Origin: Ginglymostoma cirratum
Lineage: Eukaryota
Reading direction: 5' to 3'
DNA: 64,000 bases
Assembly (NCBI GenBank): GCA_024137785.1
Contig: JAHRHZ010000054.1
Span: 2,684,535 to 2,748,534, forward strand
Shown in pieces: positions 38,598 to 50,800 of this stretch. The position numbers were made by a program, and so were the translations under genes. The notes below the pieces were generated by a model, which was not told the DNA's origin, did not search any database, and saw nothing but the letters and a program-made list of their open reading frames with translations. The first letter of the stretch is position 1; every line of letters starts with the position of its first letter.

Positions 38598-38923
38598 TCA
38601 TAGAATCCCTACAGGATGGAAGCAAGCCTTTGGCCCATCAAGTCCACACTGACCCTCCAAGCATGCCACTCAGATGTACCATCCCTGTAAACCTGTATTT
38701 CCCATGTCTAATCCACCTAGCCTGCACACCACAGGAAATTTAGTATAGCCAATCTACCTAACCTGCACATCTTCAGACTGTGGGAGGGAAACCAGAGCAA
38801 TGGAGGAAAACCCATGCAGACACAAGGAGAATGTGCAACTCCACACAGCTGCCTGAGGGTGGAATTGAACATAGGCCCCTGGCTCTGAGGCAGCATGCTA
38901 ACCACTGAACCAAAATGCAGCCC
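38598..38923 (-). mobile_element. HE1/V-SINE-like SINE
   Basis: catagaatccctacag...ggaaatttagtatagccaatctacctaacctgcacatc...ggaattgaac...gctaaccactgaac. Confidence 0.85.
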
Positions 38924-39294
38924 CTCACTTATTCCCATTTCTCATGCTGTGAATACCCTTTGAGTATGGAGTATGATATTGGGACTGCCATGGAACATTT
39001 TACTTTTGTCTAACATTGTTGTCCAACTATTCAATCACCTGACCTCAAATGATTGGTTCCAACACTTTGTATCTGAAATGAAAACTAATCCATTTTGTAG
39101 CACTAACCTCCATATCTTAACAAATAGAATCTTTTACCCACCTTGCCTAAGTCATTTTTTGGTATTTGTGTATGAGTAATGAATGAGATTCCAAACTTGC
39201 TTTTAATTATGTTTCAAAGATTTTTTCCATGACCTTTGGGAAGCATCATTGAAAATATTGGCATAAACTAGGAAGAACTCTTGGAAAAGATGAA

Positions 39295-39540
39295 TCCCGG
39301 GACATCTCAGATGGTTTTACAGCCAATGAATTACTTTTTGAAGTGTTTCATACAATAGTAGCTACAAAGCCACCATTTGCCAGCAGCAATGGGATAATGG
39401 CTATACAATCTCCTTTCTGTGATGTCAATTGATAGTGTCCCAGCTAAAACTAACATGAACATCACTGTTCTTTGAAATAGTGCTATGGGCAACTTTCCTT
39501 CATTTGACAGATGGCAGCTCCAAAAGCCTAATGTGCTTCC
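39295..39540 (-). mobile_element. Deu-domain SINE relic
   Basis: gacatctcagatggttttacagccaatgaattactttttgaagtgt...ctttgaaatagtgctatggg. Confidence 0.55.
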
Positions 39541-41966
39541 AGTGCTGTGAGAGAATTAAGATTGGAACATTGTTCAATTCTCGACAAAAGATCTTGCGCT
39601 TGGACTTTCTAAAGTTTAGGTTGGTGCAAATACTCAGCTGCAGTAAGCCTGCAAGCTGACTTTGCAAAGTGCTTCTCAACCAACTAATGTCCTATATGAA
39701 GTGTCTGTCCCTCTATGGCTGCAGTCAGCTTATTTCTGCTTCTTTCAGTGAAGGTTTTGGTATATTTTGCACTCCTGAACCATTTGAGTGTCAGTTGTCT
39801 AATCAACCATGAATGATGTCCGTCTAGATGGATTGTGGCCTCAGCTGGACTTCACATTTCTAGAAATGAACATCAACAGCAGGAAATCTGAATAATTCTC
39901 CCCTAGTCTTCCACCTTAAACAACAAATAATCCTAGCTTACTCTTCAAATGAAGAATGGACTGTCAGAATTTGGCTTTCTTTATCTCAAGTTGGAGGTAT
40001 GGCTGTGAACTCCTGGGATAAATGGTTTGAGGTTCTGCCGCCTTCTGTTTTTTTTTTTAAATCACTCTTATCTAACTGAAATGTGTAAAACTGCTGTAAC
40101 TGTTGATTACCTGGCATTACTTAGTTGGAAGTCCATGGAACTTTTGACAAAATTTGTTTCTTTGGGGATTTTTACAGATCATCCCCTAAAAATCTCTGGT
40201 AGAAATTCCTTGCCAGATTGGAAACTCCATTGTTTTTCATTTTGGAGTCCTGAACTTTAGTTCACTCTCATTCTACAGACCACAAGGTTTAATTGTGTTG
40301 AACAGCATTTATGAGCAAATTAGGAGCAGAAGTAAGCTACCTGCTTCACGATTTCAAAATATGATTGCTAATGCCGTTGACTTTTCGTGATCAACAGCAT
40401 GAAAAATTAGGGATGGGTGGTAGTGGAAATACAGAAGCTGCTGGAAAAGCTCATCACATCTGATGGCCTCTGAAGAAACGCCAGAGTTAACGTTTCCCAA
40501 TTTACAGCATCCACAGTTCTTTCAGATTTTGTTTAGCACAAAGTTATCTACTTGTGCCTTTTAAGTATTCAAGGACTCTGTTTCGGCTGCCTTTTTGAGG
40601 ATGACACCTGTCAGAAATGATCACGATCACCCCCACTCTCTATGATCTGTCTTCCATGTGACTTACAATGGCCCATAATTAGTGTGTGTATAGTGACCAA
40701 TTCTGTATTTCTCAAGCACCTCACTATTCAAAAACAGGCAGTATTTCTTGAAGGCCTGTTACGGTTACCATACGCAAAATTGGCATCCATTGTGGAACAG
40801 CAGAGTCCCACTACCCATCTATCAGGGGAGTTGGTTTTCACGATAACTAAATGCAAATTATTTCTCCGTGTCTTGACCATAGAACTCTTTGTCTTGACTT
40901 CATAACTGTTCGGATCAGAGTCATTTTTCACTTGTTTAAAAAGTTGATGTCACTGCCAGCTGCTTGGTACCAAGCTCTCAAGAGTTGGCTAGAGGCAAGT
41001 GGTTCTGCAGCTGAGAACTTTGGCTAACATGAAGGAACTATAGAGAGTTGATAGATAGTAAAGCACAGAGTTTAAAGTTTCCATGACACCGCATTGGCTA
41101 TTCCACAACAGTTCATGACCAATGAAATGTGTTTGAGGTGCTCTCACCCTGTTATGTAGACGAAAGCAGCAGCCATTTTTACATCTGGCAAGATCCCAAA
41201 GACAGCAATGAGATGAATTGCCATTTCTGTCTAATGGCAGCCGTTGATGTTGACTGGAGCAACTCCCTTTTTAACATTAGCGTTGTGGCAACAGTAACAT
41301 CAACATAAATTACCAGATACCCAGCTGAGCAGACAGTCAGACAGAGCCTTACTTTAATACTTGACCCAGAAAACAGAAACTTTCATATTTGTTCTTGTAT
41401 TGTGGACATGGACAATGATACCTTCTCCAGGCCAGTAAATGCCGGCAATGGCCAGCTTTCTTGATCCTCTGGTGTAGGTGTTTTGAATGATGCAACATTG
41501 CAATAGGGCATAACATATAAATTTGTGGTCATGACTAGTAGAAAGCAGTGCAAAGCTGTAGCCTATTATGGCTCAAAAGCTAGTGCTCTTCTCTCCGATA
41601 TGAGTAAAGATGGGCAAATAGAGTTGGAGTGTAGACTAACCATGCTCTAACTGAAAGGGTAGAGATCAATGATTATAACCTCCTCCTTTTACTTATTTTC
41701 CTACTAATCTTTGTAGAATGTAATGTGAGCTTCAAACCAGATCTAATGCATTCCTTACCTAACCTGGGAGTGTTTTGATGAAACAAAGTCGAGGGGATTG
41801 ATTATTTAGACCACACTATACTAGACCTGCAGTATGCTAAATTGCATGTTTCATGAGGAATGTTGGTGTGTGAATTATGCTCAAATTCTTTTGAGGAAAA
41901 CCTGCCTTTCCTCTAGTTTCAACACTCATGGCTTTTTCCTTTTTCCCTCTCTCCTTTCCTTCACAG

Positions 41967-42226
41967 TTTAACTGGTAATGAACCACTCACCATCTTGCCT
42001 CTGACTCAAGAAACGGGACAGACACACGGGAAGGCCCACTTCAAGGTCTGTGACCGTCTGAAGCTGGAGCGGAAACAACGGCGAATGTGCCGTCGGGACC
42101 CTGGAGTGGCAGAGACCCTCATGGAAGCAATCAGCATGAGCGCCCTTGAGTGTCAGTACCAGTTCAGGTTTGAGAGGTGGAACTGCACCCTGGAGGGACG
42201 GTACAGGACAAGCCTTCTGAGGAGAG
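41967..42226 (+). CDS. wnt9a: Wnt9a coding exon 2 ([15 protein letters not shown]...[24 protein letters not shown]...[27 protein letters not shown])
   Basis: Long polypyrimidine tract plus cacag acceptor at 41962-41966; donor G|gtcagt at 42227; 260 nt keeps frame. [24 protein letters not shown] is diagnostic of Wnt9a rather than Wnt9b. Overlaps ORF 41995..42303. Confidence 0.97.
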
Positions 42227-42785
42227 GTCAGTTAGAGCTCTTTCTGTACTGTTCACTTCTTAATATCCTGTGTCTCCTTCACTGTATAATTGCTGTACAA
42301 TGAATATATGTTGAAATAAGCAGGGAGAAGGATGTTGACATGCCAACATTGGCTCAAGCAATGACCTAATCCCCAATGGACAATTAGTTTTATGTTTTAA
42401 ATGTAAGAGATTGAAAACAGTGTTGCAAAATGTAGGGCTGAATTTTATTGACAAACAAGTATTTTTGGCCTCTAACTCATTCCTTTGCCATTTTGACTGA
42501 AGCTAGGAAATGTATGTATGACTAAATCAACTCCAAGGAGGCTGTTGGGAGTTTTAAACATGATATTGCTATCCTTCCCTCTTATTCCATTAACTCTGCT
42601 GTCATCTGTCAAATAACACTTTATCAATTGCATTAGGATATGTATATACAATATATCAACAGTCCTTCAAACTCTAGTTATTTAAAATGATTTGCCTTCA
42701 AATCTGTTCTGCCTTTTCTTTTGACCTGCACTTTCCAAAGTGAATATTAACTTAATCCTGAATCATCATTTCTAGAAGCTTCAGT

Positions 42786-42945
42786 AATAAAAACAAATTC
42801 CTAGAAAAAAAACTCAGCAGGTTTGGTAGCATCTGGAGAGAAATCCAAGTTAATCTTTCAGGACTGGACCCAAAGCATAAACTGATTTCTCTCCACTGAT
42901 GCTGCCAGGCTGAGTTTTCCCAGCAATTTCTGTTTTTATTTCTAG
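42786..42945. mobile_element. Fold-back Penelope-derived non-autonomous element
   Basis: aataaaaacaaattcctagaaaaaaactcagcaggtttggtagcatctggagagaaatc versus gatttctctccactgatgctgccaggctgagttttcccagcaatttctgtttttatt (imperfect inverted arms). Confidence 0.65.
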
Positions 42946-45900
42946 AAGCCTTCCTATCAATGGTGAGCAGACTGATTGGCTTTTTTATAGTTGCTTGGTT
43001 TATCTGTTCACCCTTGCTTGAATAAGAGTAATGTTTGATTTTTCCATGTACTCTTACACCACTTCTGAGTCTAAAAGACTGAAAACTTGTGGTCAGTGCC
43101 TCCACAATTTAATAATCTTGGATACATCCCAACCGATCCAGGCTTCTGATACAGACTAAGCATTGATAACCTATCCAATAGCTCTTCAATCCATTTGAAA
43201 CTGAGTCTCTAAGCAACCTCTCTCTCCTTGCACTGGACAACATCTTTCACATCTGAATGCAACAAGTAAATGCAAACTGCTCATCCAATCTGTTCAAAAG
43301 CCTCAAAACAGTGCCCAAAAGCACTAAAATGTGATTCTGATATTGGGCAATAATTACTGAATAATCAGGACTGTGCTATGGAATTAGAGGAAACTAGTTT
43401 AATATTATCAGTCAAACTTGCAAGTATTTTATTAGCATGTGCTAGAAGGTACAAATATTTACAATCAGACCCTGTTGTGAAGGAAGTTTCTGCATAACTT
43501 CTTCTCAATGAAAAACTTAAGTGACAATCTCTGCAGCATTCCCATAGTAAGGTCCTGACTAGTCAGTCTACCCGTCTTATCTAAGCCTAGAGTTGACGAT
43601 TTTTTTTGCTCCTTAGCTATAGTCAAATGTATTCTCTTTTTACCCCTCTGACACATCCTTTCCCTCCAGCAAATCAATGTTCTCTTTAATCAATACTGCC
43701 TCTACTCTACTCTAATTTTCCTATCTTGAGGACTTGGAACCCAGGAATATTTTAATATCCAGTGCTATTCTTCTATGAACCATGCTTCTGTTATAGTTGC
43801 ATCATATTTCCGTATTGTAATCTTCACCTTAAACTTAGCAATCTTATTTATCACATTCTTTGCATTCACATGTACAGGAATCCAGGTTTAGACTTTACTA
43901 ACCCTTCCTCACCCTAACTCAATTCACCTAATTCATTTCCTTCTGCACCACAATCTCTCATCTGTCAGTATCCTGTGCGCCTTGATCTTCCTCTTTTGGA
44001 TATTTGTCTCCTTGTTCCCACACCCCTACTAAGTTGCATTAAACCCACAAGGAAATCGGTCCCAGTTTTTTGTGTGCAACCTGTCTAGCCTAGGTCCCAC
44101 TTCTGCCAGAGCCAGCCCCAATATTCCATGAATCTAAAGTACTTCCTTCTGTTTTATTTACCTGCTCATACATGAGCTTGCATGTGTAACCAAGTAATCC
44201 AACCAATTACTACTTTAAGGCCTGCATGCTGATTTTCTTGCCTAACTCCCTGAATTCTGACTGACCTCGTCCATCTTTCTTCCTATTCCATTTTGTACAA
44301 AGGTGGAACAATGACTATACTCCACCTTAGCTGCCATGATTTCACTGAATGTTGGAACAGGCTTGAGAGGTAGAATGGCCTAAGCACGTTGCTATGGCTT
44401 CAATTTGAAATGCAAATGATCAACTTTGCCCTTTCCCAGTTGACCTCCACTATTGTCACCCCTTCCACTGGCAGCCCCACACTGATCAATACCCCTCCCA
44501 GTGCTGTGTTTGACCTTCCTAAGGTCAAACCTGATATGCTCCCCATACAATTGTTAATTCAGATTGTCAATCACTTACCTTGAGGTATCCAATTGATCAG
44601 TGACATGCTGTGGAGTTAAACTCAGTGTTGGGGAATTTCTAACACCAAGAATTCCACCCCCCCCCCCCCCCCCCCACCTCATGCTTGAACCTGGAAACTT
44701 GTCATAACAGAAAATGCTTGTCCTCACATTTTCCTTTTTTATACAGGCCAGGCGACAAGCTGGAACTCTTTAAAGTTGTTTTTTGTGTTTTTTTTTCTTT
44801 TGTAAAAAGACTGGAATACGCTTGGAGGGTCAGGCTGTCCTGCAACTAAAGTACTATGTAAAATCGTTTTTGTGTCAAATTGGCTCAGCGACTGAATGCT
44901 ATCTCCATTTTTTTAAATAAAAATTTCAAATGGATGAACTAGACAGTTTGTTCCATTTTAATCAGCATTTTTCCCACCATTTCTATAATCCAGTTTCCCT
45001 CCCTAGCAATTGAACAATAAAACAGCAATGAGGTTGTTTATGACAATCTCTATTAATTAATCTCCAACAGACTGACATGACAGGAAGGAAACCTCCAATG
45101 GTGGAAAGCTTTGAGAATCATGGGTCGATCATTTGCTCCTCCTAGGCTTGCGTACTTGGCATGGGTCATGTCTGTAATGACTGTAGGATTCTTAACCCAT
45201 CACATTTTTATTTGCATGAACCAATGCTAACTACTTCCACCATCTCCTTCCTTGCTACATAGGTTGGTCACTCACTTATTGATCTACTCATATCAGAAGG
45301 TAGTGCATCTAGTTGAAAAAAGTTATCTATTTGTCACTTGACTGTCCTTTCCTTTCAGTGATGTGGCTAAAGCAACCAGTCGCTCACCTTATGGTATTCA
45401 TCAAGGCAAAAAAATAGTCTTTCTCAAGAGGTTGTTTTTTCCCCCTGATCGATATTGTGGGTAAACTGGAGGGATGATCTCTGTTCCAATTCTAAATGTG
45501 GTGCAAGCTCAATTAAATGTGCAGTAAATAAACATGAGCCATGGCACTGAGCTGCATTCTAATTCAGTTCAAAACTGAGCAGTCTTGCTCAGAATCCAGG
45601 GTAGATGATGTAGGAAATTAAATATCTCACTGGAGTAATGGATATTTTTCTTGGATTTGATGTTGAGTCACATTTCTGGAACCAGGAAAGATTTTAGCGG
45701 CAGTTGAAGTAAACTGTGCTGCATTTGCACTCCCTATAGGATAAGGAAGCTATTTGGTGTACCATACCAGTGTATTAGCTGACAAAAGGAGGAAGTGTTT
45801 GTCACTGCTAATGCTGATCCCACCTAGCGCACATTCTGTGCATGTAACCCATATGCTTCTTTCTGTCCTTGCTTACTATGATCTGCCTGTACTGATTGTA

Positions 45901-47119
45901 AACAAAGCTTTTCACTGGTACACATGATAGTCAGTCAGTCACTCAATGAATGTTCATTCAAAGCTAGAACAAAGGAATCAAGTGGGAAAGATAAATGAGA
46001 AATGGAAGTAAAATGCACAGGAGAGATTACCTAGGGGAGAAGAAAAGACATATGTGGAAATGATAAAAGGTCAAAGGGAGAGGGATCCAATAGATCAGAG
46101 GTGAAAAACACCAAGTCTGAGAAAGGAGCATGGAAATAAATGGACAAAGAGGGAGAAAAGGCACAAGTGAAATAGAAAGAGGACAGACACACAAAAGGGA
46201 ACTATTACATACACCATATCAATGTAGGAAAAGGTTACAGAAACATGAGAAAATTGTCTTTGTCACTTGGAAGTGTGCCTTGACAGTATAGAACATAAGG
46301 GAGAAGAAATAAAATACAGAATGAGAAGGCAAAAGACTTGGTGAGTAAAGCAGCAGGATGAAAGGGAATAAGAGAACATCAAGAAATGCAGGCCTGTTAT
46401 AAAGCCACTGGGATTTGCACTGCTCAGGTATTTGGTGCACCAGTGCCTAATCAAGCTGACTGTACATGATAACATGAGATCAGCTCATTGTAACATTTTT
46501 ATGGTGGAGCCATAGGGATTTTGCGGCTGAAACACTGGCCAATGACTCCCTGCAGCTGCCTGTAAGTGCTTCACTTAATTTTTGTTCCCATTTTAATACA
46601 AAGACCCCATGCAAAAATTGGCTATATTAGGACATGGGGCAATAGAGCCAATAATGAAGGGTGGTTGCTGTTAACTAAAAGCTTCACCCTCTGAAGTTAA
46701 ACAGCATTGGGTTTCACTGAATTGTGATTTCATTGTCTACAACATTACACAAGGAGTCCAGTAACACTTTATAAAAGTATCTAATTCTGAAAGAAGTTGG
46801 GATCCTGATGAGCACAATTCTGTACAGGATGGAACTATGTTACTTACTGCATTTACCAGCACTTGTTGTCATCTGGTGACTAAAGGTGGCCTCTGGTCAC
46901 CATACGATTATCCTTAAACCTATAAGCATTCTCTGAATGTCTGACTGTGTATACCCTGCCCTGAGAAAAGCAAAACTGAAGTGAGAATCACTAAAGGAGG
47001 TCCATATAGTGAGGGGAATGACAGTGGCAAAAATAACTTGGATGGATAAAATCTACTGTCTACATAAGTAGACAATGTCTGTGCTACTGAACTTTAACCT
47101 GAAGAACTCAGTTCAACAA

Positions 47120-47440
47120 GGCAGTCTGGATATCTTGTATTTTAAAATTCTGGAAATAAAATGTTGATGTCCATAGAAATGGGCCTGTTATAAGTTCTGT
47201 AAAAATCCAATGGGTTCACTAATGTATTTTAGCCCTTCCTAAGTCTGGAATATGTGACTCCAGTACCCTAACAATGTATTGTTTGTTAACTGTGCTCTGA
47301 AGTGGCCTATCAAGCCACTCAGTTGAATTTAAACTATTGCACTGCAGGGATTTCAAAAAGATGGCTTACCATCATCTTAGCCAACCTGTGAAGGACAATA
47401 AGTGCTGGCCCTACACCAGATTACAAGAAATGAAAGAAAC
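47120..47440 (+). mobile_element. Degenerate family-B SINE-like element with extended LINE-derived 3' part
   Basis: aaaatccaatgggttcactaatgtatttt...gtgactccag...caagccactcagttg...actgcagggatttcaaaaagatggcttaccatcatctt (FKK.A.HHL)...gacaataagtgctggcc. Confidence 0.6.
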
Positions 47441-47479
47441 TAATAGATCAGAGCGAGGGGGTTGGAATTTTTCATGTTG

Positions 47480-47815
47480 GGTGGCTCAGTGGTTAGCACT
47501 GTTGCTTCAGTGCCAGGGATCCAGGTTCAATCCAACCCTCTGGCAACTGCCTGTGTGGAGTCTGCACATTCTCCCTGTGTCTGTTCATTTCCTCTGGGTG
47601 CTCTGTTTCCCCTCAGTCCAAAGATGTACAGGTTAGGTGGATTGGCAATGCTAAATTACCCATAGTGTCCAGGGATATACAGGCTAGGTGGATTACCCAT
47701 GGGGAATGCAGGGTTACAGGGATAGGGTGGGGGACAGATTTAGGTGGAATGCTGCTTGGGGGCTTGGTGTGGACTTGATGGGCTCAAAGACCTGCCTCTA
47801 CACTGGAGATTCTAT
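47480..47815 (+). mobile_element. HE1/V-SINE-like SINE (sense orientation in wnt9a intron 2)
   Basis: ggtggctcagtggttagcactgttgcttcagtgccagggatccaggttcaatcc (A and B boxes)...ggtggattggcaatgctaaattaccc...gagattctata. Confidence 0.9.
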
Positions 47816-50800
47816 ACTGACAATTGTAGTGTAAAGCTCACTGACTGGAGTGCTCAAGCTCACTTTGGCAAGATCAATTGGACTTCGAAAGAAAGCCACC
47901 CACGGGGTGAACAGCCACAATGAGAGACAGATAGCGATTACATATATCAGAAAAGGGCAGTCTGACGGGAGTTTGGAGAGGTTGGGGGGGGGGGGGGGGG
48001 TGGTGGGAATTGGTGGGGGAAGGGAGGGTGAAAAGGCAAATGAAGCCTTCCAGACAGGAATTGACAGGCAAATGTGTATCAGGCAGCTTTGGTACTTGAA
48101 GCCATAGTCAAGACGCTAAAGAGCAGACTTCAATTGTTTCAGTGGAAGAAACAATGATTAGATTTAGACTTTTCTTCTCTTTTTAAATGAGAAATTAATA
48201 TAACATTTTTGTCCAAGAAGACAAGTACATTTGACTGTAATTATTTTTTCCATTTTCAATTGCCTTGCCAGCAAAAAAGGTTATGAGTTTATTACTGCAC
48301 ATCTGGCATGCAGCATGCTGATTTATGAGCCTGGGTATGACTTCTGCAAGCTGTTCACTTCAGAAACTCCATATATGCAATATCATGTAATTAAAAATTA
48401 AATTGCACACTTTGCTTTCTCTTTTATAAAACATGTGCAAAGAATAAAAGAATCTCTCTCTCACCACAACTTCTGACTTGTCCAATATCAGATATTAAAC
48501 TGACTAATATTCATGATGTTGCCCACTTGTTGTACAAGTTGTCAGAATCTGGCTCCAGCATTATGGCAGATGCATTAAGCTGTGCATTTTCAATTGGGCA
48601 AATACATCCAGTGAAAAAATGAGGGCTATGTTGATGGTTAGCAATCTTATTGCTTGAACAATGATTATTGTACTTTTAAAAATTTGGGCACAAGTGTATT
48701 GTGAATGAGAAATGAGCACAAGTGGAATAGTGTCCTGCTACATTCAATGTAAGCATTGAGGGCTTAGGCAGGTACAGTACAAGTTAGCTAGGGTTACAAA
48801 AAAGTCCCTTCACACTGTTCTATTAAACACTGGCTAAAAATTTAGCACTTTCCATTTTGGAGTACCTCACCCACAGTATGGTAGCAAACCATTTTCAAGA
48901 GGTTTGAGGACGACAGGATTTTTGGCCTTGACCCTCATTGTCATTGTTGAATATATTTGGCAGGATTCCAGTGGTCTACGAGCTAATGTTCAGGTGGATG
49001 GTTGGGTGTATATTTGTGAGGGGAGGGGAAAGGAATGGTTGGCCTTGTGTGCAATCATTGTGGGGCCAGGAGATCACTAAGGCACACTACAGTAATCCAG
49101 AGAATAGGGCTGGGTCTGGAATGTGACTGGGCTTGGGTGTTTTATCAGGTCCGGTCCCAAGATGGGGGAAGTCAAGGCGAGCAGGATTTGGAATGAATTT
49201 GAACATCCCCTGATTGTGGATAAAAGTGACTAAGATCTCTCTTGTGTATAGCTTAGCATTAGTTTCCTGAGAGGTCGTCAACCCTGGTACTTTCTGGTCA
49301 GAAGCAGGCTTAAAGTCTCCTCTTTGCACGTGATTATAGACTTTTGACTTGGGCAAATGCACCTGTTTGTTTGGCCTGTACCAAAGTAGCCAGAATTTCT
49401 GTTCACATGCCCATTAGACACAAAATGGCATCTTGCAGCACTGGGAACATGGTTTGCCAGATTTCCAGTCTCTTCTCCCACCCCCACCTTTTTAAGGCTT
49501 CCTTACAAGGATCTGCAATTGACAAGGTCACAGATTCAGAAAGCTTGAGGAAATTGTGCTCTTGGGCTCATTGTTTCCTTCTGTGTTTCATGTTACTCCT
49601 TTTTACTTGCAGCAATTTTTGCAGATTGCCGAAAAATATTTAGAAGAAACTAAAGGAGGGAGATCACATGTATCTGAGCACCACTTACCTAGAAAAGGGT
49701 TGTAAAAGGCTGAATCAAGGTGTATCAATGCGTCTTTTCTCAAATCCCACCATTTCACCATTGTAACGGCACAATTTGCCACACAGCTATGTCTTGGTGC
49801 TTCATTTTAATAAGATTGCTAACTTGGTAGAATTCTGGTAATGATTTAGTAACTTTCTACCATGGACTTGTGCCCAACAGCAAGTAGTATACAAACTGTC
49901 CGAGATCCTTGATAAATCAGCAATAAGGAGTAGAGACAGGGGAAAAGGAACTTTCAATCCATCAGTTCTGGCTGTATTAAAACTAAATTTGAGTTGAAAA
50001 TGTTGTAACCAATTAGCCCATTCATTTAACCACCTCCATCCATATCTGTCTGTTCAATGTTACCATGGTATGAGGGTTTGCTTTGCAGATGTAGATTCCT
50101 TGTTGTGTAATTAGGATTTTTTTATCTTCTGATTAGCAATTAGCTGTCTGAACAGGGGGAGCTACCAGAAAGGAACTTACTGGAACAGAATGGCTACTAC
50201 TAGCGGTCCTCTTACCTTGGATCTGTGAAGTGTCATAGGTCACAGCACAGAAGGACATTCAGCCCATCAGCTGCTGACAACTTTTGCAAATGCGGTTTAG
50301 TTAGGCCAGGGATGGAGACTTTTCCCTATGGTTCTGCAAATGTTTTCCTTCAGGGGTTTAATCAGTTTCCTTTCTCAGGCATAATTTTAATTTGTCCTTA
50401 CTACAGTCTTAGGCAGCGTCCTCCAGACCCCTAACAATATACTAACCACAATTTGACCAGAAATCTTCAAGCAGTATCTTACCTCATTCTAAGTACTGAA
50501 TTTCATTAACATGATTCCTCATAGGCTCCTTAACCCATAGCCTTCATAGCCCTGCACTTACCTTCCAGTTTGTCCATGACCTTACCACGTCCTTTTTATT
50601 TATTGTCACATCTTTTTGTTACAATATAGTGAAAAGTGTTGCACAATGTCATCGCTCTCCAGCATCATCAAACACTGAAATAAACCAGACCCAGTATAAA
50701 GGTAGAAAAATAAAGTCAAAAGTACAACATGGTATTCCTTAAGGGCTTAGCCATAGGCCTGGACCTGGGCTCCTCCACATCCACAGAGGATGACATCAGC

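Noticed and set aside
42227-42303. C-terminal extension [11 protein letters not shown]... of ORF 41995..42303
   Set aside because: Read-through past the exon-2 GT donor; Wnt similarity stops at 42226 and resumes in phase at 54526.
44656-44675. Poly-C/poly-G runs (also ~31933, ~47984, ~52443) as functional G-quadruplex elements
   Set aside because: Simple homopolymers of uncertain assembled length with no supporting context.
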